A DNA stretch of 57,225 bases, counting the filler, from Dugesia japonica (lineage: Eukaryota): assembly GCA_001938525.1 (NCBI GenBank). It is 5 parts of 5 records of this genome, joined end to end, with 100 filler letters (N's around TTAATTAATTAA, not from the genome) between each part and the next. Parts side by side here need not be neighbours in the genome. Positions count along the whole stretch, not along the records: positions 1 to 11,593 come from MQRL01645663.1; positions 11,694 to 20,723 come from MQRL01512491.1; 3 more parts are not named here. The stretch is one strand, 5' to 3'. The position numbers and the translations under genes are program-made. The notes under the pieces are model-generated. The model did not search any database, was not told the DNA's origin, and saw only the letters and a program-made list of their open reading frames with translations. Positions 1 through 13,590 of the stretch are shown one piece after another (the first letter of the stretch is position 1; each line of letters begins with the position of its first letter).

Positions 1-289
1 ATCCAATTTGTTGACTGACTGACTGATTCTGGAGCGCAGTTCAATTAAACAAAGTATTTTAATCTTATACAGCTTTATAAATTTTAATATTTTAAATTTT
101 AAGCTTAAAAATATATAAATAACAAATAATAATTTCAATTTTTTTTATTTTAATAGCAAATTATTGATAGGTTGTTTAAATATTATCTAATGTAAACTAA
201 GTAATTTTCAATAAATTGTGTTTGATAAAAAATTTTAAATAAAATTATATATCACCAAATTAAGTATCAATATTAGTGGATGGTAGAAT

Positions 290-740
290 AATACGTAAGA
301 AGTTCTTTCCGAATTTATTCCTTATCGTTGTATGTCATCAGTAACTCCGCTATCTTGTCAATTTCTTCCACGAAGCTGTCAAAATCCTCTTCTTATCGTC
401 TGTATGACAATACGCTTTCGATATGCTTTACGAATGACTTTTCTTTGATGAATAAACGTCTTAGTCTATCTTCGTAAGCCTATTCTTCATTGTTTTTTTC
501 GAATCTGCTCAATTTATCATTCAGTAGACCCACAATTACCAGTTCTCTGATACTCTTGGTTACGTTTGCTACATCAAAATACTTTCGGCATTCGAGTATA
601 AATTTCTCAACTTCATCTACTTTTCTATATGTTTTTGGCCTCAATGCTTGTACGAGCAGGTCCTTTGTCGCACTTGCATGGAACGTCATGTTAGCCAATG
701 CTATATTTTCTCCAGTTCCATCTGTAAATATTTATTAATA
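290..740 (-). pseudogene. Degenerate Ty3/Gypsy gag-like N-terminal fragment
   Basis: ORF 480-698 (PKTYRKVDEVEKFILECRKYFDVANV) resembles the retrotransposon gag N-terminal motif. The frame continues past stops (AYEDRLRRLF...EEDFDSFVEEIDKI). Confidence 0.45.
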
Positions 741-823
741 AGTCATAAGTAAATCCCGTGACGTATAAACTGAAATTTAAGTGCTCGAATTTAAACAATT
801 AATTGTTTTAATTATTTTATTTA

Positions 824-1349
824 AAATTTCGGATCTTATTTAAAAAATGACCCCAGGGGTAGAATTTGAACATGTGTTTTTTAGGGTCATTTTTAACATA
901 AATTATATACATTAAAATTTTTAAAAATATGTATTTTTTAGTGTACTTTAAATTTAATATTATTTTAGGGTCATTTGTTGAATATATTTAATTTCAGGGT
1001 CAAACTTTTAATGTTTTTTTGAATATGTTTAATTATAGGGTCATTTTTTAACATAAATTATATAATTTATTAAAATAAAAGCTTCGATTAAAATTTGTTC
1101 TTTTGGTTTTTGATAATAATTCCATAGTTCAACATTGTCTTCGTCAGGAATTGACTTTTGAAAAGTTTAAAAATGTCTTCTTGAAACCTGTAATTTTTGG
1201 GTTATTTTTTAACATTTGTAATTTTAGGTCATTTTTTTAACTTGTGCTTTTTTATGGTCAACTTTTAAATTTAGGGTCATTTATTTGAAACTTTTTTCCA
1301 TTTATTCTTTAAACTTTTGAGGTCATTTTTTAAATATGATCCGAAATTT
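824..1349. mobile_element. MITE with ~29-bp terminal inverted repeats and internally iterated GGGTCATTT motif
   Basis: Left aaatttcggatcttatttaaaaaatgacc is the reverse complement (1 mismatch) of right ggtcattttttaaatatgatccgaaattt. About 8 internal (tta)gggtcatttt copies. Confidence 0.7.
1070..1160 (-). mobile_element. Penelope-like pLTR fragment with degenerate hammerhead
   Basis: Reverse complement reads caattcCTGACGAagacaatgttGAACtatggaatt (GAAA mutated). It carries the same aaaagcttcgat-aaaattt flank as the other copies. Confidence 0.65.
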
Positions 1350-1859
1350 CTTCCATTATTAATACATAAAAATTTTATGAAACTTTTCAGAAAATTTTTA
1401 TGTTGAATATTAAAACATCCTAACAAGAACTAAATTAAATTGTCACACATCATATTTTGAAAATTACAAATTATCAATCGTTTAGATTTCAAATCTCCAT
1501 TGGATAGTTACATACTCCAAATTTTATTAAATACGTATAATGTATTTAAAAATATTAATATTTATTATTATAACATATTAATAATTATTATCAAAGAATC
1601 CAAAAATTAAACATTTCATTAAAATTCTTTTTCATAAGAAAATTGAAATGTATCTTTCAANTAAACATAAATTGAATGGTAAAATATTTAAAATTGTAAT
1701 TCGAAAATATGTGTCTGTTTATTTTTTGAAATTTTTAATCTATTTACGTTGTTGAAAACATGGTATAATAATATACGAAATAATGTCATCGAACGAAATA
1801 TTTACCATTGATTTTATTAATAAATCTTATTATATTTTTTAATGTTGTGTATACCGAAA

Positions 1860-3300
1860 TAATTCAGCAAATAAACACTAGTGCTTTCATTGTATGAAAA
1901 TTAATTTAATTGGATTTATAATTTTGTTGGTTTACTAGGTTTTTAGTGTTGATTTATTAAGTCTTCTCTTGCGGTTTCACGTACTTGTCCGGGAATGATA
2001 CCTAAGAACCAAAGAAATTTGCGTGATGCCTTCTCCTACATTACAATCCCCCATTCCCGGATTCAGCGAGACTATACTGTATCTCGTCTTTTAGAAAGTT
2101 CTCGCTGGTAATGGTTCTTTTGTTGAAATCTGATTTTTAAACGAAAACCAACTTTGAGTTAAGATTATAAATTTATTTAATTATCAATCATGGCAATCCA
2201 AAAATGGCTTCTTCGGTTATGAGATCCTCCTTTACCATGCCGCTCTGGACTTTTTACTCTTTCCATAGTATTCTGACGTTTCCTAACACTGTTGCTTCTC
2301 TATCTGCATAACCATTGATGATTTCCGCTATCATTTGATTGTTTCCAATGAGTATGAGTTCCCTTTGTCTACTCAGAATCAGCCTTTCTCTTAAGGTGGA
2401 TATCTTCCTTTTGATCTCGTCTGTCGTTTCCAGCAGCTCGCGATTTTCTTTTAGCAGTTTTTTGAGTTCTGTACGAGAATTTTGTTGTTCAACTAACAAT
2501 TCCTCCCTTGTAGGTTTAGTGATTCGTGTTGACATCCTATATAAAAAAAATCATAGAAGTTTCTCAGATATAATGTCCTTTAAATAGGATTTTTCATTAC
2601 ATTTAGTGGGTTAGTTATATAAAATTCAGATCTTATTACATAAATGATTATGAATATTTATTCCACGTGAGCAAATGCAATGCTTCTCTTTCAAAATCAT
2701 ATTATTTCCAAAATTACCATTGTATCTCTTATTCATAGCTAATTTTTTATTCATAAATTATTTTGCTTTTAATAAAATCATTTAACAAAGTTTACTAACG
2801 CCCATTTACAAATTATATTATAATATAAATGTTAACATGATACATCCGTTATACAGTAGTTTTATCAGATTTTTCTCCGTCTTCCAGGGATTCTAAGTGT
2901 TCCGTTCTAATCTCTTGCTAGTTTGATTGTGTGTCCTCAGTTGTAGTTCAAGCACAGTTCCTTGGTCAGTAATCACAGATGGACTTCTTAGATGGTCGGA
3001 AATCCTGCTCATTAAATCTACGAGTGGCTCGTTCTGTCTTGCTCTTTCCTGCCCCTGCTGAAGTAGTTGTCCTTCAGTTCACTGAATTGTGCTTTTAGTT
3101 CCGAGATTTCTAATTTTCTATCCCGAATTTCCAACTTTTTTAGTCGAAGTTTGTCGGCCATCATCCACCATGGTTCCGTTTCTGCCCCGTGCTTTCCCCA
3201 CGAATCATACAGCACTGGCATCCGGTTTGAAAGTGAAGTTTCAAAACTCCATCCTTGTAATGATTGCTTCATTTATTGAAATTCTCCTGGACATTTCTAA
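1860..3300 (-). mobile_element. 3' part of an LTR retrotransposon with coiled-coil accessory ORFs
   Basis: On the minus strand a polypurine tract GGGAATGGGGGA (2047-2058) is followed by TGTAAT (putative LTR start 2045). Coiled-coil ORFs 2254-2535 (preceded by a tttttatatag acceptor) and 3018-3272 lie upstream. Confidence 0.4.
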
Positions 3301-4109
3301 ATCTTTATATAATATCAAAATTTAATTACACCAGATTCAATTTACAGCTCTAGTCAATTTTCAATATTAGTTATTACTTCATATCATGATTATATGAGAG
3401 AAGCAGGAGTTAGAATTCCACTGTGAGAGCTTAATCTATTATTGCTCTCGGGAACTTCTACTTCCTCCTTCACGATGTGTCCGAAATTTTTAGGCTTGAT
3501 TTTACTTCACGTAGGTTCATTTTATTTAATTAATTAATATCGCGGTAGCATCTCGATAGTGTTTAATTCACCAAAAACAATGTAAAACATTATCAATATT
3601 ATCTCGTATTCTGAATAGTACATAAAAACCGTTATCATATAATCCTATTATGTGTTCCATCGGTATAATGAAAACATACTGTCATAGAATCCAAAGAACT
3701 ACTATCAGAGTAGATCTTTGTTACTATCATACGCTTTTTTCACCACTTATCATAAACCATAATTCCAAATGCTTATTATACCGTCTTAATTCAAAAGTAA
3801 ATACTACAAATATTGTAAGGAAATAGCTTTATCATAGAAATAGTCCCTTAAAATATTCAACACAAAACTCTAGCATTGTGGATATATTGATGCAAATTGT
3901 GGGCATCAGGTTCATATTACATGTCAGCAATATATTTATCAAAACCTTGGATTACTCCTGAGTAGCACGAAAAATTTCTTACTGACTCACTATTTTATCT
4001 TCTTTTTAAATTCCAAAATGATGAAATACATTTTGAAAGGTCATATAAATAAAAGTACTAAGATTATATATAATGAATTGACTCATATTGTCTTATAAAA
4101 CATGGTACC

Positions 4110-4930
4110 GATAATAATCATAATGATACAATACTAATAATAAATAATATTTTATTTTATCAGATTTATTCCTAATTTAATTGAATATTAATAATGTGAA
4201 TAATTATATTTCATTTTAATTCGCCATTGATGCTAATACTTTTAGTAATAACAATAATATCTATATTTTTTCTTTCTATTTCTATTTTTATTCTATAATA
4301 ATCTTAATATTTCGTTTATTGTTAGTAATAAATTATAATGTTTCTACTACGGATAATCATTTATTATAATAATACTCATAATAATATTAACAATAATAGT
4401 AATTTGATATAATAATTACTCATCAAAATCTATTTTTCTGCTTTATAATAATAATTAATGACAGTAATACTATTTTTAATTTCATCATACCAAAATTAGT
4501 TCTTTTATTATAATCTCGATAGCAATAATACTAATAATAATACTTTAGTTTCAATTTTTTAATAATAATAATAATAATGTACTTTTGTTTTAATCTATTA
4601 TAAATTTCCTATTTGATAATAATATAATAGTTTCCGATTTTTCATAATAATATCACGATTGTACGTCGATTTTAATAATATTCATTATAAATAATAATGG
4701 TAACACGAACTAATTTCTATGTGCTTTTGTTTCAATTTATCTTAATAATTTAATAATAATAATACTCATATAATAGCAATTTTAATAATAATAATAATAG
4801 TTCAATTTAATAATGTTCATAATTTTTATCATAATATTTGTAAAATCGTGTTCTCATTTTCTCATGAGATATATTATTTAACATTATTATAATATACTTT
4901 TATAACACGAATATATTATAAATAAATTGT
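4110..4930. repeat. Degenerate (AAT)n low-complexity tract
   Basis: Dense decayed aataataat repeats. Confidence 0.7.
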
Positions 4931-5257
4931 ATATTTTGTTCACTTTTGTTTTTACCATTTTGTTTTTTGCCTTTTTATTCTGCATATGTATTTATTTATT
5001 TTCTCTCTCATTTACAATTTCATTCATTTCTCTATTTATTTATTAATTNNNNNNNNNNNNNNNNNNNNNNNNNNNNNNNNNNNNNNNNNNNNNNNNNNNN
5101 NNNNNNNNNNNNNNNNNNNNNNNNNTAATGTTCCACATGCTTTTTTAATCCATTAAGTTATTATTTTTGTAAATAATATAATCCATTTTGTTATTATTTT
5201 TCTTGGTGTTCCTTCTGATGTTTTACTACTTTATAATACTTTTTATTTTTCCATTTA

Positions 5258-5466
5258 CAGGTTGGGCCAAAAATTACTTACTTTCTACCCAAAGTTTAAA
5301 TTTGTGAACGCTCTGACGAGCAGCATTTAAAAGATAGTTTTAGCACGTAATCGAAAAGATCATGGTGCCATTGAAATTTAATGTAAAAATAAATTTTTTT
5401 AATGTTTTGTTACTGTTTGCTATTTTTTTTAGAAAAGAGGTAGGAAGTGACTTTTGACCCACACTG
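5258..5466. mobile_element. Tc1/mariner-type MITE
   Basis: TA|caggttgggccaaaaattactt ... aagtgacttttgacccacactg|TA: imperfect ~24-bp TIRs with TA duplication. Confidence 0.7.
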
Positions 5467-6417
5467 TATTATTATCATTAATTAATTCGAATATTTGTTT
5501 CTGTCTTTTAATAATTATTTTTTCTCTGCTACTTTGAAGCCGTCACTTTTTTTCTTTTTCTTTTTTTCTGCTTATACTCTTTGTCTTAGCTATTCTTCAT
5601 TTGATTTTTATTTCTATTATTTTTTGATTGTACTGAAATTTAATCTTTCTGATTTAAATTCAACAAATGAATTATTTTCCATTATGAAAATTCTCTATAA
5701 TTTTTAATAAGTCTTATTTAAAAATTTCTTTTAAATTTGTTGTGAATATATTTTACTGGCTTTGATATAAATTCTATTTTTTTTATTATTCAATTACATC
5801 GATTTAGATTCAAGAGAATTTTTCAAATTTCAATTTTTTTTAACTAGAACTTTCAATTATTAATTCCAAATTTGTTAGTAAATTTGATTAATTATTTAAT
5901 TTGATAATTATTAATTCCAACAATTATTTGTTTTCGACAAATTTGTTAGTAAATTTGATCATGCCAATTTAGTTTTATAAAAAAAACATAAATTATTTTT
6001 TAATAATATTTGAATTTTTATACCTCATATTTTTTATTTAAACTTTATATTATTGATAGAGACAGCATTCCTTAATGTACTATGTCGTAATCCTTGTTAT
6101 TCCATATTGATGAGTTCGTATCCTTCATGTAAAATTCTTAAGATAGCCGATTTAAATGTAGAATCAAACAATCTAGTAAATATGCCGAACAATTTAATTT
6201 TACCATCAGCATCAAAAGTAATATTTAATGTATTTTAATCTATAATTAATTATTATGGCTTTAAAATTATAAAAATGTTTTAAAAAATTATATATAAATT
6301 GGAAAATTTTAAAAAAAATTAATTGAATTATTTTACTAAAACTATTCAATTGTTCGAATGTATGACACAATAGTTATTTTATTAATTGAAAGTAATTTTA
6401 TTAAATAGGCTCCAAAT

Positions 6418-6654
6418 CAGTAGTGTAGTGAGGGGGTCTATCATGCCCCTGGCACCACTCGTAGAGGGGCACTAAATAGCCCCCAAGACAAACAATATTT
6501 TCTGCATACAAAAAAAAATTTAATATGGATCTGCGAATGATAAAGTTTGGGAACCGCTGCTATTTATTAGAATGCAATATGTTTTTCTGGGTGTGTGGAA
6601 AGAAGCTTAAAAGGTATTGTGGTCTGGGTGCCAGTTATACTCGCTACACCACTG
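6418..6654. mobile_element. hAT-type MITE
   Basis: TIRs cagtagtgtagtgag / ctcgctacaccactg. Flanks ctccaaat / ctttaaat form a decayed 8-bp TSD. Confidence 0.7.
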
Positions 6655-8059
6655 CTTTAAATATTTTAAAATTTAATAATGATCATTTTGAAAATTTTTG
6701 GTTAGTAGTAAAGAAGCAAGCGATTTCTTTATATTAGATTTATATCTGTAAGACTTTAGGGATATAATGAAAAGAGAATATTTTCAACTTTTCAATTATT
6801 GTCAGTTCTTTTCAATTAAAATAATTAAGAAAACAAAATTTTATTCATCAATGTGGATATTTATTATTAACACATACTTTTGTTTTAATCCATTTACTAA
6901 TTGATGTTAAATTATTGAATTTTTTAAAATATTTTTCATTTAATTAAGTTTCGATCATACATAATTTTGGTAGTTAGTAAACATTTCTCTGATCAACCGC
7001 CAGTAGAAATAACAAATACGCATGATTGGAATATTGAATATGTAGCAAGAGATGTGAAAGTATTTATTGCGGACATAAATTTTTTGAATATTTATATCTA
7101 AAATTTTAGGGAGAAGATTTGAAATTGGGAATATTTCCAATGAGAAAAATTGAATTAAAAAGTAATATTTTATATGAAATCCATTCAGAATTAAAAATAA
7201 GTTTTAGAATGGATGCTCACCTTTTCAAAATCTCCTCCTAAAGGAGGCTGGTTGTATTTATTGTTCTTAGTACTATATTCCTTAGAATATAAAAATGATA
7301 TAGACTGCTTATTTTCTTTTAGCAGTAATACAATAAATTTGAACGATATAGAAGAGTTTGGGTTTTTGAAAGTTGTTACAACAACTCCATATTTTGTTCA
7401 ACTTTAGATCCGTTGCCCTGAAAAATTAGTATGTTAGAAACATAATCATTGTATTTATTCTTTAGAAAGTGTATCATGTTGAACGATTTTACTAATTTGT
7501 TGATAAATGTTTAAGTTTTAATTTGAACCATTAAGAAACATATAAATTAATAGAAATCAATGAGAATATCAACGAAAATTAATTAATGAGATATTTATTG
7601 CGACTCAACGACTTCATCACTTCTAAAAATATTACATCCAAACCTTTTGGATTCGCGGACCGCAGTTCACATTTTTTTACACTTTTACACTTAATCTACA
7701 TCAGCTATGTTGTAAATTACGTATATGTAAATTTGTCTTTACACTTATTATAAAAGCACATTGATGTGAAATCTTAAAGCTTAAAAATAACACCAAATAT
7801 GGATAAAAGTAGACACTTAGATTATAGTATCAAGTACTAGACCCATTTTTGGTACCAAATTTTTTCAATCCCGGTACTGAAGATTAATCTGAAAAGAAAA
7901 CTGGTAATTTTAAATAAAAGGAAACAGTTAATTAACAAGAAAAGAGTACTTAAAAGGAACATAATCATAGAAAATAAAACAAAAACTGTTTATTAAATAG
8001 TTTAAAATATTAACTCAGAAAACAAAATAAATCTAAGCTTCTGTAATTTAATGATTATC

Positions 8060-8350
8060 TTATTTTGTTGATATTCTTGTACATCCTGAGAAAATATGAT
8101 CCGACTCCACTCTGGTAGGGAATATAGAATTAAAATACTTGTATTCGAGATTAGGTTCATATAAATCTTCTACTTCGAAAATTATAAACTCTTTTTTTAA
8201 TTCGTACAAGATTGTTCATTTCTCTTGCCTTTCTGAAATTTACTTGTTAACTTAGTGCTGCGTTTAGGCTTTCGTGTAGCATAAATTTTTTGTCATCAAG
8301 TATAACTTCTGTCTCTGATATAAATCCTGTCACTGGTTCAACGACATAAC
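8060..8350 (-). pseudogene. hAT transposase C-terminal dimerisation-domain remnant
   Basis: Minus-strand translation ...KYFNSIFPTRVESDHIFSGC resembles hAT SIPATSVESERxFS; contains stops. Confidence 0.45.
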
Positions 8351-9127
8351 AATGTGCGTAACATACTAGTAACTAGGCCAATAGTCAAATAATTCATTTG
8401 GTTTCGGGTAACCTTTTAAAATTTAAGATGATATCTATCTTTAAATATTCATATTCTAGATTACTTTTATCAATCAGTAATTTTAAAATACAGTTTTTTA
8501 TTTATCAAAACCACTTAATAAAAAGATGTTATAATCTGACACTTTTTACTAGTGAAATTAATGAAAATAAATATATTGACAATGCTGGTTCAGTTTCGTC
8601 AAAAATTTGCTAAAATTTGTCATGGTGATAAATTCTGATTCAAATTCATAATCGTTTGCTTCTACTTCGACGATTTTTCTGGAGGGATATGTGCATGCTT
8701 TTTGTACAAAACATCTACTAAAAAATTTATTTCATGACATAAAGTTTGTTTTTTTTTATTCTTTGGGAGCTCAATTCTACTTGGAATTGTCGATTTTTCT
8801 GATTTGATTTGCTTAAAAATATCGTCAATATTGGACTAAATTTCTTTGAGGACTTCAATGACTTGTTCATTAGAATTAACAGGCATAGGAACAGCTGCTT
8901 CGAAAACATCATTCAAAATCTCTGAATATTATTAAAATCATATCTGGGCTGATTTTCTTCATTAGATTCTCACTCTGATTGATCAAATTTGTATAAACTA
9001 CACCATTATAATCAATCAGACGAGAATCAACATTATTTTTTTGCACATTGTATGCATTTGAATTAAGATAATAATTTAAACAAATAAAATCTTTTATTTC
9101 TTTTTTTTTGAAAAAAAAGAATACTTT

Positions 9128-11180
9128 TTATTTTCTATTGTAATTTTCAATGTGAAAATTTGAAAATAAGAGAAAATTAAAATTATGTATGAACAAATTC
9201 GGGTATGTTCCTGATATATGAAATTCCCAAATACATGCAGAATTCTGTATATTGGAGATTACAAATTTTGTTAAACATTTATTTATTAAACTCTTTGGTA
9301 CACCAATTTTCTGAATGACTTGGTAAGTATCAGGTAGAATAGTTCTTAAAGATCCTATTACACAGGTGTACAATTCTTTATAGTAACCAAGTTTTGCTAA
9401 TTGTATCTTATTTTTTAAATCATTATATTTCATTTTATTCCTTGAATATATTTTTAAGAAGCCTTCAATTGAGTCAATAGGACATTTTACATCAACCAGA
9501 AAAATTCTTTTCCTTTCCGAATCAGTAATCATAATATCAACGCGTTCTAGTGAATCAGGAACCAAAGAACAGGTACGATCAATTACGATTATTAAATCAG
9601 GGGATTTTAAATATTGAATAATTATTGCAATGCATGCATTATGAAGCTTTGTTCCTAATGATTTATTAATATCACAACTTTCTAGGGCATGTGACATTGT
9701 TTCATTGTGAGAATGACATCGTCGATATAGTCTTTCATCAAAAGTAATGTTATATGGTAGAGCATATATTGAATGTGTATTTGTGCGTGCTTTGTGTATG
9801 AAATTCCATTCAAATTCGCCTAGAACACTGCGAAAGATTNGTTTTTTGACGTCTGGACTAAGAAGCACGGCATCAGCAAAATGTTGATATTATTACTTTT
9901 ATGCCATATTACTGAGTAAGAGTCTGATATGGTTTTATGTAGTAGAAAGGTAACTTGTTTTCTGCAATCACTGCTTACAGTTACCATCCCACTGGGCATA
10001 TTAATACGCAATAGTGTCCCTTTTATTTCAACTGCAAATGTAATGGTTGTCATTAACTCTTTTAAAGTATTCAATTGACGTTCACAGACGCATAAACTGT
10101 GTTTTGTCCCTTTGCAATTTTTGATACTAGCTTTACTATAAATCTAGTCAAAACTTTGAGATAAAGTCGGTACCTTTATCTCTAATCTTGGTGAAGCAGC
10201 AATTATAAGAGACTCGTGATTAATAGTTTTAGTATAGGCACAATCAGTAGTAAATAGTCTTAAGAATTGTACAATACTTTGACAATAGTAATCATCAAGA
10301 ACATCAATACACCGCGCTCCCCCCTATTTCTGTTGCTGTATAAAAATATGTAATTTCAGAATGATCAGGTAGATTCATCATTTTTCGAAATTGTATTCAA
10401 AGTTTAATAGTAGAATTATAACTACATTTATTGTTACCGAAACGAATAGATAGTAGCGTAGCCAGAAATATGTAAAGGGGGGTCTAAATTTTTGTCAAAG
10501 TTTTTGTATTTGTTTACTAACATAAATCAACAAAGACGCCAAGTATTAAACAATGACGTCATTAACCGATTCTTAAAAGTACGGAGAAAACGTATGGAAC
10601 ATAAAAAAAATTATAGTGTACTGAGAGTACAGAGTACAGATTAGATTTTTACAATTTATAATTTTGTATTGTTCAAAAATATTCAAATATTTTATCCAAA
10701 TATTCCAATATCAAAAAGTCAATTAACACACAAAATAAATTTCGAAAATCAAGTATTCGAATATTCAGTTTGAAATCTCTAAGTTGCATAAAAAATGAAA
10801 TCTTTTATCATACACCAAGGGGAGGGTTTTAACCCCTTAACCCCCCTTAGCTATGCCACTGATGCACTCGTTTTGATTTCACGAGTTCTAAAAGGAAAAA
10901 CAAGACGAGAATGTAAAAACAGCTTGTAAGCTTTCAATTTTTTCCAACCAAACAATTCACAATTTGCCAGTTTTTCGGCATTAGTTATCGATTTTTGAAT
11001 AGTATCATATTTTGTTTGATGATTACAATATCCAATAGGAACACCAATATGTTGATAAAATTCATTACTTAGTTTTTTAATTTTTATATCATAAATGCTT
11101 ATAACACTAGGAGTGTTAAAATTTGGGGATTGAATGTAAGCACATTTCTCCGGACGAAATTCCATATCAATAATGTAAGT
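9128..11180 (-). mobile_element. 5'-truncated non-LTR retrotransposon with restriction-like endonuclease (R2 group, NeSL/R5-like)
   Basis: RT end motifs FRPEKC and YQHIGVPIG (10851-11165). Decayed CCHC knuckle RRCHSHNETMSHALESC, then LHN, RVDI, LVDVKCP, KY and VIGSL RLE motifs (9128-9868). Frameshifted and interrupted by a MITE. Confidence 0.85.
10451..10861. mobile_element. hAT-like MITE inserted in the LINE
   Basis: Ends tagtagcgtagccag / ttagctatgccactg (CAGTGGCGTAGC-type TIR) with G- and C-rich subterminal runs. No clear TSD. Confidence 0.65.
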
Positions 11181-11242
11181 GTGTTAAAAAAGCAAGTTAA
11201 ATTTTTTGTGTGATTGGTGATTATATTTTTAAAGCCTTTTGT

Positions 11243-11593
11243 TTAAAAGAAATCTTTACCTGCCTTATCGAGTACCTTCAATTTAATATGCAATAAAGTA
11301 TCATTCAAATCCAAATATTCAGTTTGTGATCCATTCATATAAAATTCTACATCGCTTTTCGAATCAGAAATTGAATTCATTGGAAAAACATCTTCAAACG
11401 CAGCATTTTCNATAACTGCTTGAGGTGATGGACGATCAAAAATACATAACTCAGTTTTACCGCAAATCATTTTCAAAAATTGTTCCACTACATTACCAAG
11501 TTCAGCCAATTTATTAGAATTCAATGTTGGTAATATTTTGCCATTATTCGCTATAACATCTTGAGCAGTTTTCATTCCAAAACTACCAATACG
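11243..11593 (-). mobile_element. Maverick/Polinton fragment: N-terminus of major capsid protein (ATG 11470) and tail of upstream small ORF
   Basis: MICGKTELCIFDRPSPQAVxENAAFEDVFPMNSISDSKSDVEFYMNGSQTEYLDLNDTLLHIKLKV matches the Polinton MCP N-terminal pattern K(S/T)ELxxF..P..Q..IE......P..S.....IEF.I.G...Y.DL..T.L..K.K. Confidence 0.8.
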
Positions 11594-11693
11594 NNNNNNN
11601 NNNNNNNNNNNNNNNNNNNNNNNNNNNNNNNNNNNNNTTAATTAATTAANNNNNNNNNNNNNNNNNNNNNNNNNNNNNNNNNNNNNNNNNNNN
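11594..11693. other. Artificial scaffold-joining spacer
   Basis: N44-TTAATTAATTAA-N44 (six-frame stop linker). Confidence 0.95.
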
Positions 11694-12134
11694 ATCAGCT
11701 TCTTTCTTCATTAACATATGAAATATTTTCAAATATTTTTTAAATATGAAAAGTATATCAGGACTAATATTATTTAAGTAATCAAAGATTACATAAATTT
11801 ATATTACATAAATATATATTACATAAATTTATTTTTCAAAAAATTCAAATATAATTGAAAAAAGTAAAGTAAAATTTTCAAAATATAAAACATGTATTTA
11901 AATACAAATTATTTGAATAATTTCTATGTATTAATTTTACAAAATTGCGGTCCTTTCAAAACCTCTTCTATTTTACTTATTTTAAAATACCCGAAGACAC
12001 AAATTATTATTACGTGTGTATTACGTAATGTATTACATGGTGAGTAATAGGATTTAGTCAAGGAATAAACAATAAGGATAAAGAATAAGGATACACAAAC
12101 CGTTGTATCTTGTTGGGGTAGAAAAGTCAACAAA

Positions 12135-12990
12135 TTACATTAAAATACAATGGCCGAAGGTTAAATGCTGAGACAAGATCAAANAAATGATTTAAAGTTG
12201 TGAATATTGTCAGAGAACGAAAAATTGGACGGGCGTGACAAAGGAAGAGGTAGTGAAAACTGAAGCAGGCCGTCCAGCGGAAACACTGTGGATAGATATA
12301 TGTGTACCGTGGAGAGAAACATCAGGACGGAAAAAATATATATTGGATATGATAGATCAATATACCAATTACATAGTTTTAGTTGCAGGGTCTTGGCAAG
12401 ACAAAGTAACGTTACAACGAGCGATTATGAACCAGTGGATATTGAAGCGGAATTGTCCGAGAATAATTAGAACAGATTGCGGCCGGATTTTGAATCCAAG
12501 CTTATAAAGGATTTTACATCATGTTTGGGAATGGAATTACAAACCTCGAGTCCGTATCACTACAAAACGAATGGACCAAATGGAGCGGCAATTCAGAACA
12601 GTGAAAGAATGGATGCAACTTTACGAGAAAAGAGAACGTCAGATTGGGCCGAAATATTACTCGATGTAGAATTCGAAATGCAACGAAGCAAAAAACTACA
12701 CAGAGGAGTCCAGTGGAACTAATAATATATCAGTTGGGAAGTTGGCTGGGAAACAGAGGAAAACAACAATAAAGATGATAAAATGAAGAACATGACTTGA
12801 AGATACTTTGAGGTGAGGCAGTGAATATTAGTCAGGAGTAAAGGGGCGATAAAAATAAAAAAAAGATTTTTTGGACCTTACCGATTGATAGAAAAGCGAC
12901 ACAAGAGGAGATATGTTTTACAAGATGAGCAGGGGGGGAGGATAGAAAGGAATACAGAAAAGTTAAAATTTTTCTTAATGGAGGGGATCT
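12135..12990 (+). mobile_element. Ty3/Gypsy integrase remnant followed by PPT
   Basis: CEYCQ zinc motif, then LWIDIC, IDQYT, IRTDCG and SSPYHYKTNG.MERQFRT. PPT-like aatggagggga near 12977-12987. Confidence 0.85.
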
Positions 12991-13332
12991 GAGGAAAAGA
13001 TGACAATTTAAAATTTTGGTTGTTTAAATATTCCAAAAATATTTAAAGAGTTGGCGTTTTTTGAATAATAATTTTTAGTTGTAATTAAGAAAGAATTCAA
13101 GATCAATAGTAAGTAAGGCTTGGAATTTATTATCGCTGTAATTTATTAATTTTTGTAATTGTTCTTTTAAGTATATTATATAGTATTAAATCTTATTAAA
13201 CTGTAAATTTTATCTAGTAACATATTTTTGAAAGTTCATATATTTAATTGTACTTTAATAAATCTTATATAAATAATTTTCTTAATTATGTTAGATGAAA
13301 ATTTAGGGAATTCTGAAGTATGTATGCCTCAC

Positions 13333-13590
13333 AATAATAATAATTATAACAATAATAATAATAATAAATATAATAATAATAATAATNNNNNNNNNNNNNN
13401 NNNNNNNNNNNNNNNNNNNNNNNNNNNNNNNNNNNNNNNNNNNNNNNNNNNNNNNNNNNNNNNNNNNNNNNNNNNNNNNNNNNNNNNNNNNNNNNNNNNN
13501 NNNNNNNNNNNNNNNNNNNNNNNNNNNNNNNNNNNNNNNNNNNNNNNNNNNNNNNNNNNNNNNNNNNNNNNNNNNNNNNNNNNAAATAAT
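13333..13590. repeat. (AAT)n microsatellite with gap
   Basis: Perfect AAT repeats running into Ns. Confidence 0.9.

Noticed and set aside
881-1280. Interstitial telomere
   Set aside because: The TTAGGG copies are isolated within a MITE, not tandem.
6955-7420. Apparent minus-strand exons with good splice signals
   Set aside because: Could not assemble a convincing open frame or recognise a protein.
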